DNA from: Pseudomonadales bacterium
Lineage (GTDB): Bacteria; Pseudomonadota; Gammaproteobacteria; Pseudomonadales; DT-91
Reading direction: 5' to 3'
Length of the DNA: 46,135 nt
Assembly (NCBI GenBank): GCA_036568205.1
Contig: DATCSZ010000413.1
Span: 1-46,135, forward strand
The position numbers and the translations under genes are program-made. Under the pieces are notes generated by a model, which saw only the letters and a program-made list of their open reading frames with translations, was not told the DNA's origin and did no database searches. This document shows positions 12,975 through 21,063 of the stretch, piece after piece (the first letter of the stretch is position 1; every line of letters begins with the position of its first letter).

Positions 12975-14828
12975 TCAGCGCTGCGCGGGCAGCCAGGACG
13001 GTTCCGCTTGCAGCAGCTGCAGCTGGCCATAAACATTCAGGTGATTGTCATCACTCCAGGCCGGTTTGCCCTGCACCATGCCGTGTTGCCAGGTCATCGC
13101 GGCAGCAGCCAGGTCCACATAATGCACATGGTCAAAGCGGTCGGCGATTTGCCTGAGCTGGCGGTTGGCTATCTGGAATGCGCTGCTGTGATGGTTGAGC
13201 TGCTGCCGGCCGGCCAGGTGCAGGCGTGCCACATTGTGTTCAAACCCCGGCATCTGGCTGACCAGCAGTACCTGCTTGCCATCAGCGCCCAGCTGTTGCA
13301 GTTGTTGCTGCAGGCTAACGGTAAAGCTGTTGTTATCACTGTGCTGCGGCAGGTACATTTCCCAGCGCAAGGCCAGCACCAGCGTGTCATGGCTGGCCAG
13401 TTGCCCGCTGACATAGGCAAACAGCCGGCGACAGTACTGGCGGCGTTTGCTGTGGCCGATAGTGGCAAAATCATCGTTGCTGAAAACCGGGCAGGCATCG
13501 GCGCTGGCGGCGGTTATCGCCAGCGCCTGCTGGCTGGCGTAGTGGTCAAGATAGGTGGTCAGGTGGGCGGCATGGGAATCGCCGACAAACAGCACTGCGG
13601 GCTGTTGTTGCCGGTCGCCGATAACACAGCGTGCCTGCAGACGGTTATGGCACACCAGGCTGTCGCTGTTGATGCTGTAAAACTGTCGCTGATCCTGGCG
13701 CCACAGATAGCCGTCACTGTGCTTGATGGCCGCACTGGCCAGCAGCAGTGCCAGGGCCGGCAGCACAAAATACCCGTACACCACGGCCTTGTTGCCCAGC
13801 CGGCTGTGCCGCGCCGGGTTTTCCACCCAGCGCCAGCTGGCATACGACAGGGTAAACGTCAGTGCCAGTGCCATCACAATGGTGGCCAGCGGCAGTTGTT
13901 CATCCAGTGCGTGATAACGCAGCAGGGCCAGTACCGGCCAGTGCCACAGATACAGCGAGTACGACAACAGGCCCAGCAATACCAGTGGCCGCCAGGCCAG
14001 CAGGCGGCTGACCGGATTGCTGCCGGACAGGCCGCCGGCATGGATCAGCAGGGCAGCGCCGAGACAGGGCCACAGCGCATGAATGCCGGGGAACAGGGAC
14101 TGGCGATCCAGCAGCACCAGCGAGGCGACCAGCAGGGCGGCACCGGCAGCGGCCGCCAGTGCCGGCGACAGCCAGCGCCAGCGTGGTTGCCAGCAGGCCA
14201 GCAGCGCACCGATCAGCAACTCACCAAAACGTGCCGGCAGCAGGTAATAGGCTTGTCCGGCCAGCGCCGGCTTGCCGGCCTGCAGTGTCGCCAGTGTCAG
14301 GGAGGCGACAAGCAAAACCAGCATTGCCGGCAACAGCCAGCGTCGGCCATGGCGCAACAGGGCCAGCAGCATAACCGGCCAGACCAGGTAAAACTGCTCT
14401 TCTACCGCCAGCGACCAGGTATGCAGCAGCGGCAACTGCTCGGCAGCCGGGGCAAAATAATCCTGCTCGCCGGCAAAATAGTGGTTGGAAAAAAACAGCA
14501 CCGCATAACGGACCGACTTGCCGAGGTTTTCCAGGTCATTCGGCAGCAGCAGGATCAGCCCGGCCACCAGCGTGGCAGCGATCACGGTAAACAGCAGTGG
14601 CAGGATGCGACGGATGCGGCGCAGGTAGAAATCCGCAAAGCGGAAGCGCTGCTGCTGCATCTGGCGCTGGATGATGCTGGTAATCAGAAAGCCGGAAATG
14701 ACAAAAAAGATGTCAACACCAACAAAACCGCCGGGCAGCCAGCGGCTGTCAGCATGAAAAATCATCACCGACAATACGGCAATGGCGCGCAGGCCGTCGA
14801 TATCCGGGCGATAGTGAAGATGGCTCAC
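12975..14828 (-). CDS. Second acyltransferase-3 / SGNH-like O-acyltransferase, paralogue of the convergent neighbour
   Basis: 617 aa. RPDIDGLRAIAVLSVMIFH...GGFVGVDIFFVISGFLI, HTWSLAVEEQFY, and C-terminal VGDSH. GTG start at 14828 with AGGA 7 nt upstream. Confidence 0.8.
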   Translation of the reverse strand: MSHLHYRPDIDGLRAIAVLSVMIFHADSRWLPGGFVGVDIFFVISGFLITSIIQRQMQQQRFRFADFYLRRIRRILPLLFTVIAATLVAGLILLLPNDLENLGKSVRYAVLFFSNHYFAGEQDYFAPAAEQLPLLHTWSLAVEEQFYLVWPVMLLALLRHGRRWLLPAMLVLLVASLTLATLQAGKPALAGQAYYLLPARFGELLIGALLACWQPRWRWLSPALAAAAGAALLVASLVLLDRQSLFPGIHALWPCLGAALLIHAGGLSGSNPVSRLLAWRPLVLLGLLSYSLYLWHWPVLALLRYHALDEQLPLATIVMALALTFTLSYASWRWVENPARHSRLGNKAVVYGYFVLPALALLLASAAIKHSDGYLWRQDQRQFYSINSDSLVCHNRLQARCVIGDRQQQPAVLFVGDSHAAHLTTYLDHYASQQALAITAASADACPVFSNDDFATIGHSKRRQYCRRLFAYVSGQLASHDTLVLALRWEMYLPQHSDNNSFTVSLQQQLQQLGADGKQVLLVSQMPGFEHNVARLHLAGRQQLNHHSSAFQIANRQLRQIADRFDHVHYVDLAAAAMTWQHGMVQGKPAWSDDNHLNVYGQLQLLQAEPSWLPAQR

Positions 14829-14948
14829 GCTATTGTCCTGTTGCCGATAAGTGAGGTTGCCGGGTGGCGCGCTATTGTAGCCTGCCGCCGGGCTGCCGTC
14901 ATGGCCGGGGGTGACGCATTTTGCCAGTCAAATGAGCGATCAGAAACC

Positions 14949-14976
14949 TTGCAGCGCCGGCAAAACACTTTATATT
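14949..14976 (+). promoter_or_regulatory. Candidate sigma70 promoter for the monooxygenase gene
   Basis: TTGCAG (14949-14954), 16-nt spacer, TATATT (14971-14976). AAGGTGA RBS just before the ATG at 15007. Confidence 0.35.
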
Positions 14977-15006
14977 GCCGGGAAAGGGTTCCGCACAAGG
15001 TGATAT

Positions 15007-16449
15007 ATGCAAGGCAAGACACCCCGTATTGCGATTATCGGCGCCGGCATGTCCGGCATGTTGATGGCGATCAAGCTGAAAAAGGCCGGTATTGATAATT
15101 TCACCATTTTTGAAAAAGCGTCAAAAGTGGGTGGCACCTGGCGCGAGAACCGCTACCCCGGTGTCGCCTGTGACGTTGCCTCGTTCTCGTATTGCTATGA
15201 GTTTGAGCCTAACCCGGACTGGACCCACCGCTTCTCGCCGGGGCCGGAAATCCAGCAATATTTTGAACGGGTGGCGGTGAAGTACGACCTGCTGCGCTTT
15301 ATCCGCTTCAATACGGTGGTGACCGATGCCGTTTTTACCGATGGCCAGTGGCATATCACCACCGATGGCGGTGACAGCGAAACCTATGACCTGGTGGTAG
15401 CGGCCACCGGCCCGTTGCGTGAGCGCAAATACCCGGATATCGCCGGGCTGGCGGATTTTGCCGGCCATTGTTTTCATACCGCCGACTGGGATGATGAGCT
15501 GGATCTGGCCGGCAAGCGCATCGGCATTATCGGCACCGGCTCGTCGGCCGTGCAGGCGGTGGCACCGCTGGCAGAAAAAGCGGCGCATCTGACAGTATTC
15601 CAGCGTACCGCCCAGTGGGTGATGCCGACTCCCAACCCGGTGTATTCCGCGTTCAACCGTTTTCTCAAGCGCCGTATTCCGCTGATTGGCTGGATTACCC
15701 GCAAATTCTATGACTGGATCGGCGAGCAGTTTGGTCGTGCGGCCTTGCATGATGGCTGGCGGCGCAAACTGATCGGCTGGGCCTGCCGGCAGAACCTGGC
15801 CAGTGTCAAAGACCCGGTGTTGCGTGAAAAACTCACCCCGCATGATGAGCCGATGTGCCGGCGCATGATTGTCTCGGAGACCTTTTATCCGGCCATGCAG
15901 CGGCCCAATGTGGCGCTGGTCACCGAAGGCATTGAACGGATCGAGGCTGACGGTATCCGCAGCCGTGACGGCCAGCTGCACAAGCTGGATGTGCTGGTGC
16001 TGGCCACCGGTTTTTACCCGAATGCCTGGGGTATCAAAAATGTCACCGGTGTCGATGGCCAGCGACTGGACCAGGTGTGGCAGGCCGGCACCCGCACCTA
16101 CCGTTCGATCACGCTGCCCGGTTTCCCCAATTATTTTATGCTGATCGGTCCGAACAGCCCGATCACCAACCTGTCACTGATTGATATTGCCGATATTGGT
16201 GTGGATTACATCATGCAGTGTATTGGCAAAATCCAGGCTGGCGAGTTTAACACCCTGATGCCCAGGGCGGATGTCACCGCCGCGTTCAATGAAGAGCTGC
16301 GCTCGGCGTTTGGCGGCACGGTGTGGATTACCGGCTGTAACAGCTGGTATCTCGATGCCGATGGTGTGCCGGCCACCTGGCCATGGGTGCCGGCGCGTTA
16401 TCGTGACGATCTGAAAACCGTGCAGCTGGAAGACTACCAGCTGGCTTGA
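15007..16449 (+). CDS. Class B flavoprotein monooxygenase, Baeyer-Villiger type
   Basis: 480 aa. FAD Rossmann IAIIGAGMSGM and GGTWRENRYPG. BVMO fingerprint FxGxxxHxxxW[PD] is present as FAGHCFHTADWD. Second Rossmann GIIGTGSSAVQ. Confidence 0.8.
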   Translation: MQGKTPRIAIIGAGMSGMLMAIKLKKAGIDNFTIFEKASKVGGTWRENRYPGVACDVASFSYCYEFEPNPDWTHRFSPGPEIQQYFERVAVKYDLLRFIRFNTVVTDAVFTDGQWHITTDGGDSETYDLVVAATGPLRERKYPDIAGLADFAGHCFHTADWDDELDLAGKRIGIIGTGSSAVQAVAPLAEKAAHLTVFQRTAQWVMPTPNPVYSAFNRFLKRRIPLIGWITRKFYDWIGEQFGRAALHDGWRRKLIGWACRQNLASVKDPVLREKLTPHDEPMCRRMIVSETFYPAMQRPNVALVTEGIERIEADGIRSRDGQLHKLDVLVLATGFYPNAWGIKNVTGVDGQRLDQVWQAGTRTYRSITLPGFPNYFMLIGPNSPITNLSLIDIADIGVDYIMQCIGKIQAGEFNTLMPRADVTAAFNEELRSAFGGTVWITGCNSWYLDADGVPATWPWVPARYRDDLKTVQLEDYQLA

Positions 16450-16503
16450 TGCCGGCCTGTTCGGCAGCAGCCGATGCTGCAGCGAAAGCCGGATGTGCCG
16501 GCG

Positions 16504-17220
16504 TCAGCCGAAGCGCTGCACATACTCCAGTGCGGTCATGCGCCGGTAGCTGGCACGCCCGTAGTTGATGGTGACAGGATCGGGATCGACAATCTCCACG
16601 GCGATACCGCGACGGGCGGCAATCTGCAGTGCCATGCGGGTGATATTGACGCTGAACGAGGTGCCGATAAACACCATGCGGTCGGCTTGCTGCATGCGCT
16701 GCTGTGCCTCGCTGATGCGGTACAGTTCGGTGTAATACTCGTCAAACAGCAGTACATACGGTTTCAGGGAATGGCCATGCTGCGGTTTGCCGTCGATGGC
16801 AAACAGCGCCAGCAATGAATCCTCCAGCCGGGCTTCATCCACCGCTGCCCACGGTGCATCCATAATCGCCACCGGCTCACCCTGCCGGTGAAACAGGGTC
16901 ACCTTGTCCAGCCGACCATGAATGGCGATGTAATCCGGGTTGCCGGCCTTGCCGTCCAGGCCATCGATATTCTGGGTAATCAGGTTTTTGTCGGCCAGCC
17001 AGTGGTGTACCGCGTTCGGGCCGTGGTGGCGGTAGATGGCAAAACGCCGGTAATACCAGGCCAGGAACTGCGCCGGGTTCTGGCAATACATGGCGCGGGT
17101 GGCCATTTGCTGCGGTGTAAAATTGTTGCTGCCGATAGTCCAGTAACCGTCCTTGCCGCGAAAGGTCGGGATGCCGCTGGCGGCACTGACACCGGCACCG
17201 GTAATGTACAGCGTATTCAT
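16504..17220 (-). CDS. Sir2-family NAD-dependent deacylase/ADP-ribosyltransferase homologue lacking zinc-ribbon cysteines
   Basis: 238 aa from the ATG at 17220 (MNTLYITGAGVSAASGIPTFRG). Also TQNIDGL and the catalytic IAIHG. No CxxC pairs follow the HG motif. Confidence 0.75.
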   Translation of the reverse strand: MNTLYITGAGVSAASGIPTFRGKDGYWTIGSNNFTPQQMATRAMYCQNPAQFLAWYYRRFAIYRHHGPNAVHHWLADKNLITQNIDGLDGKAGNPDYIAIHGRLDKVTLFHRQGEPVAIMDAPWAAVDEARLEDSLLALFAIDGKPQHGHSLKPYVLLFDEYYTELYRISEAQQRMQQADRMVFIGTSFSVNITRMALQIAARRGIAVEIVDPDPVTINYGRASYRRMTALEYVQRFG

Positions 17221-17358
17221 GGCTTGCCCTGATGGTCTGGCTTGTTGCAGCGTTATTGTCAGCATCACCGGTGCCGGCGGCAAGCGCGGATTGGCCAGCG
17301 GACATTTTTCGCCGCTGGCCGGAATGTGGTAGGCTCAGCGCTTTTTCGGGAACCTGCC

Positions 17359-18165
17359 ATGCTGACGACTGTATTGCTGTATCTTGCCCTCGGGGCCTTG
17401 TCCGGCCTGATGGCCGGCCTGTTCGGCGTCGGCGGTGGTGCGGTGATTGTGCCGGTGCTGATTATTGCCTTTGCCCGCCAGGGGCTTGATCCGGCCGTGC
17501 TGACCCATATTGCTGTAGGTACCTCGCTGGCGGTGATCTGCCTGACCTCAATCAGTTCGGTGCGCGCCCATCACCGCAATGGTTTTGTTGACTGGCCTGT
17601 CGTGCGGGTGATGGCGCCGGCACTGGTGATCGGTGTGGTCGCCGGGGTGTTGACCGTGGTGCGTATTCCCGGGCCGGTGCTGCAATGGATTATTGGCAGC
17701 TATCTGTGCCTGATCGCAATCCAGATGGGTTTTGACCTGATGCCGGCCGGTCACCGCCTGCAGCTGACCCGCCGGGTACAGTGGCTGGCCGGTGCCGTGA
17801 TCGGCTGGGTGTCGGCATTGTTTGGCATTGGTGGCGGCTCGCTGACGGTGCCGTTTCTGAGTTTTTACGGCGTGCGCATGCAGCATGCGGTGGCTACCTC
17901 GGCAGCCTGCGGTTTCCCGATCGCCGTTGGTGGTGCGCTGAGCAATATGCTTGCCGGCTGGGGCCAGGCGGATCTGCCGGCCGGCAGTCTGGGTTATGTC
18001 TACCTGCCGGCGTTTGCCGGCATTGCGCTGATGAGCCTGCCGTTTGCGAAGCTGGGCGCCAATCTGGCAAAAAACCTGCCGGCCACGGTGCTTAAACGTA
18101 TTTTTTCCGGCTTTCTTGTTATTATTGGCGGCTCGCTGATTGGCCGCGCCGGCGGATGGATTTGA
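17359..18165 (+). CDS. TauE/SafE (TSUP) family membrane transporter
   Basis: 268 aa from the ATG at 17359. Duplicated G-rich motifs GLFGVGGGAVIVPVL and LFGIGGGSLTVPFL, and about 8 TM helices. Confidence 0.75.
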   Translation: MLTTVLLYLALGALSGLMAGLFGVGGGAVIVPVLIIAFARQGLDPAVLTHIAVGTSLAVICLTSISSVRAHHRNGFVDWPVVRVMAPALVIGVVAGVLTVVRIPGPVLQWIIGSYLCLIAIQMGFDLMPAGHRLQLTRRVQWLAGAVIGWVSALFGIGGGSLTVPFLSFYGVRMQHAVATSAACGFPIAVGGALSNMLAGWGQADLPAGSLGYVYLPAFAGIALMSLPFAKLGANLAKNLPATVLKRIFSGFLVIIGGSLIGRAGGWI

Positions 18166-18166
18166 C

Positions 18167-18964
18167 ATGCTGAAACACCCGAATTTCAACCCTGTGGCCG
18201 TCGATCTCGGCGTTATCCAGATTCACTGGTATGGCTTGATGTACCTGGCCGGTTTTGTTTTTGGCTGGTGGATCTGCCGGCTGCACAGCCGCCAGGGTCG
18301 CATTACGCTCAACGATGAGCAGATTGCCGACCTGGTGTTTGCCTGCGCGATTGGCCTGGTGCTGGGTGGCCGGATTGGCTACACACTGTTTTACGGTTTT
18401 GACCGGTTTCTGGAAAACCCGCTGTGGGCGCTGAAAATCTGGCAAGGCGGCATGTCCTTCCATGGCGGCTTTATCGGTGTCTGCCTGGCACTGGTCTGGT
18501 TTTCCCGGCGCCAGAACGTCACCCTGGGTGCGCTGGCCGACCTGGCCGCGCTGGCGGTGCCGATGGGGCTTGGCTTTGGCCGTATCGGCAATTTTATCGG
18601 CCAGGAACTGTGGGGGCGTGCCACCACCGTTCCGTGGGGCATGGTGTTCCCGCACGATCCGCTGGGCCTGGTACGCCATCCGTCGCAGCTGTACCAGGCG
18701 CTGCTGGAAGGCCCGTTGCTGTTTGCCATTATCTTTTTCTTCTCCCGCAGACCGCGGCCGCCGTGGGCAGCGGCCGGGCTGTTTATCCTGTGTTATGGCG
18801 TATTCCGTTTTACCGTGGAGTTTTTCCGCGAGCCGGATGCCCATATCGGCTTTGACCTGTTTGGCTGGCTGTCGCGTGGCCAGCTGTTGTCGCTGCCGAT
18901 GGTGGTGGCCGGCATACTGATGATGATCTGGGCATACCGGCGCCAGCAGGCGCAGCGAGGCTAG
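18167..18964 (+). CDS. lgt: Prolipoprotein diacylglyceryl transferase
   Basis: Motifs IHWYGLMYLAGF, GGRIGY, GMSFHGG and HPSQLYQALLEG. The ATG lies 1 nt after the upstream stop. Confidence 0.9.
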   Translation: MLKHPNFNPVAVDLGVIQIHWYGLMYLAGFVFGWWICRLHSRQGRITLNDEQIADLVFACAIGLVLGGRIGYTLFYGFDRFLENPLWALKIWQGGMSFHGGFIGVCLALVWFSRRQNVTLGALADLAALAVPMGLGFGRIGNFIGQELWGRATTVPWGMVFPHDPLGLVRHPSQLYQALLEGPLLFAIIFFFSRRPRPPWAAAGLFILCYGVFRFTVEFFREPDAHIGFDLFGWLSRGQLLSLPMVVAGILMMIWAYRRQQAQRG

Positions 18965-18967
18965 GCA

Positions 18968-19762
18968 ATGCAGCAATATCTGGATTTGATGCAACACATC
19001 ATGGATAACGGCCATGACAAGAGTGACCGCACCGGCACCGGCACCCGCAGTGTGTTTGGCCACCAGATGCGGTTTGACCTGGGGCTTGGCTTCCCTTGCC
19101 TGACCACCAAAAAACTGCACCTGCGATCGATTATCCACGAGCTGCTGTGGTTTTTGTCCGGTGATACCAATATCCGTTACCTGCAGGAAAACGGCGTGCG
19201 CATCTGGAACGAGTGGGCCGATGCCAATGGCGAGCTGGGCCCGGTTTATGGTTACCAGTGGCGCAACTGGCCAACACCCGATGGCCGGCATATCGACCAG
19301 GTCAGCCAGCTGATTGCACAGATCAGGAGTAACCCCGATTCACGCCGGCATATCGTCAGCGCCTGGAATGTTGCCGATGTGCCGCAGATGGCACTGCCGC
19401 CGTGCCACCTGCTGTTCCAGTTCTATGTTGCCGATGGCAAATTGTCCTGCCAGCTGTACCAGCGTAGTGCCGATGTATTCCTGGGTGTGCCGTTCAATAT
19501 TGCCTCGTATGCGCTGCTGACGATGATGGTGGCCCAGGTCTGTGATCTCACGCCCGGCGATTTTGTCTGGACCGGCGGTGACTGCCATCTGTACAGCAAT
19601 CATGTTGACCAGGTGCGGCTGCAGCTGCAGCGCACACCGAAAGCGCTGCCAACCATGGCCATCAACCCGCAGGTGAAGGATATTTTTGCCTTCCGCTTTG
19701 AAGATTTTGAGCTGCAGAATTACCAGGCCGACCCGCATATCCCGGCACCGGTGGCCGTGTGA
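18968..19762 (+). CDS. thyA: Thymidylate synthase
   Basis: 264 aa. [12 protein letters not shown] and the active-site [12 protein letters not shown]. Conserved lgt-thyA pairing. Confidence 0.95.
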   Translation: MQQYLDLMQHIMDNGHDKSDRTGTGTRSVFGHQMRFDLGLGFPCLTTKKLHLRSIIHELLWFLSGDTNIRYLQENGVRIWNEWADANGELGPVYGYQWRNWPTPDGRHIDQVSQLIAQIRSNPDSRRHIVSAWNVADVPQMALPPCHLLFQFYVADGKLSCQLYQRSADVFLGVPFNIASYALLTMMVAQVCDLTPGDFVWTGGDCHLYSNHVDQVRLQLQRTPKALPTMAINPQVKDIFAFRFEDFELQNYQADPHIPAPVAV

Positions 19763-20274
19763 TGCGCATCGCCCTGATGGTGGCCGCCGCCCGCAACGGC
19801 GTGATCGGCAAAAACAACCGCCTGCCCTGGCACCTGCCTGAGGATTTGCGTTATTTCAAACGCACCACGATGGGCAAGCCGGTGATCATGGGGCGCAAAA
19901 CCTATGCCTCGATCGGCCGGCCGCTGCCGGGGCGTGCCAATATTGTGATCAGCCGCCAGCTGGCGCTGGAACTGCCGGCGGAAGTTGAACTGGTTCACTC
20001 GCCGGAGCAGGCGATCGAATGTGCACGGCAATATTGTTTGAGAAATGGTGTTGATGAAATTATGGTAATCGGCGGGGCGGAAGTGTATCGCCAGTTCCTG
20101 CCGCTGGCCGAGCGTCTATACTTGACCCGCGTGGATGCCGATGTGGAGGGTGATGCGTTTTTTGACTGGCAGCCACAGCACTGGCAACTGCTCAGTGAGG
20201 ACTGCCACACAGCAACAGCGGACAACCCCTATGATTACCGTTTCTGTGTGCTGGAGCGGATAACAACAAAGTGA
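19762..20274 (+). CDS. folA: Dihydrofolate reductase
   Basis: VIGKNNRLPWHLPEDLRYFKRTTMGKPVIMGRKTYASIG. The ATG overlaps the thyA stop (TGATG). Confidence 0.9.
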   Translation: MRIALMVAAARNGVIGKNNRLPWHLPEDLRYFKRTTMGKPVIMGRKTYASIGRPLPGRANIVISRQLALELPAEVELVHSPEQAIECARQYCLRNGVDEIMVIGGAEVYRQFLPLAERLYLTRVDADVEGDAFFDWQPQHWQLLSEDCHTATADNPYDYRFCVLERITTK

Positions 20275-20292
20275 CATGACAAGGTTGGCTTT

Positions 20293-21063
20293 ATGATCAA
20301 ATCACAGCATGGCTTATGGATAGCGGCGCTGGCACTGGGCGCATCAATCAGCGCAGGCGCTGCCGAACTGGATAAGGTACTCGATGCCTCGGCAGCAAAA
20401 ACCACGGCAGCCGCTGCCTCGCAGCAGCGTATCGACCAGCTGGCCGATGATGAGCGGCAGGCGCTGGAAGAATTCCGTCATGTCAGCAAGGTGGTGGAAG
20501 ACCTGAAGATCTACAACCGCAAGCTGGAACTGCAGGTGGAACGCCAGCAACAGCGGCTGGCACAGATCGAAAAATCGATTGCTGATGTGACAGTTATCCA
20601 GCGCCGCATCCTGCCGCTGACCGAAGACATGATCGGCTCGCTGGAAAACTTTATTGCACTGGATCTGCCGTTTCACCAGGCAGAACGCAGCGAACGCATC
20701 GCATTCCTGAACAATAACCTGCAGCGGCCGGACCTGACCGTGGCGGAGAAATTCCGCCAGGTGCTGGAAGCCTACAAGATTGAAAGTGAATATGGCCGCA
20801 AGATCGACAGTTACGAGGATGTGGTGGAAATTGACGGCAGTGAGCGCGATGTCACCGTACTGCGTATCGGCCGCCTGGCACTGCTATACCAGACTGCCGA
20901 CATGCAGCATGCCGGCATGTGGCATGCCGGTGAAAAGCGCTGGCAGCCACTCGACAGCAACCAGTATCGTGATGCCATCCGTTATGGCATTCGCATGGCC
21001 AATCGCCAGGCCAGCACCGACATGCTGATTGTTCCAGTGCAGGCGGCGGAGGGAAAACAATGA
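20293..21063 (+). CDS. DUF3450-type periplasmic coiled-coil protein (TtpB-like, first gene of the TonB2-type module)
   Basis: 256 aa. Signal peptide, then a long coiled-coil region. Its position and size match the first gene of Vibrio TonB2 clusters. Confidence 0.65.
   Translation: MIKSQHGLWIAALALGASISAGAAELDKVLDASAAKTTAAAASQQRIDQLADDERQALEEFRHVSKVVEDLKIYNRKLELQVERQQQRLAQIEKSIADVTVIQRRILPLTEDMIGSLENFIALDLPFHQAERSERIAFLNNNLQRPDLTVAEKFRQVLEAYKIESEYGRKIDSYEDVVEIDGSERDVTVLRIGRLALLYQTADMQHAGMWHAGEKRWQPLDSNQYRDAIRYGIRMANRQASTDMLIVPVQAAEGKQ

Noticed and set aside
7492-14828. The four-gene membrane locus as a mobile genomic island.
   Set aside because: There is no integrase, transposase, tRNA attachment site or flanking direct repeats. 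GC content looks like the rest of the window by eye. I keep it as a chromosomal accessory locus, not a mobile element.
13008-15095. 695-aa plus-strand ORF, the longest unexplained ORF in the track. It covers the whole second acyltransferase gene and runs into the monooxygenase gene.
   Set aside because: It is antisense to a gene with unmistakable AT3 motifs. Its translation is low-complexity and Q/G/R/A-rich with no motifs. It also overlaps the well-supported BVMO start. This is the typical stop-codon-poor antisense frame of GC-rich DNA.
16504-17220. The Sir2 gene as part of an anti-phage defence system (Thoeris ThsA, DSR, SIR2-HerA or pAgo-SIR2 types).
   Set aside because: It has canonical sirtuin motifs rather than the divergent defence-type SIR2 domain. 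It has no fused SLOG, TIR or helicase domain and no partner gene. Its neighbours are a BVMO and a TSUP transporter on other transcription units, and there are no mobile-element hallmarks.
18122-19291. 389-aa minus-strand ORF across lgt and thyA.
   Set aside because: The plus-strand lgt and thyA are near-universal, highly conserved genes that fully explain this DNA. The antisense product is Q/R/H/P-rich junk.
20200-20292. Possible Fur box at the folA 3' end, upstream of the TonB2-type module (ATGATTACC and GATAACAAC fragments).
   Set aside because: It matches only about half of the 19-bp Fur consensus with no dyad symmetry. That is too weak to call without a PWM scan.
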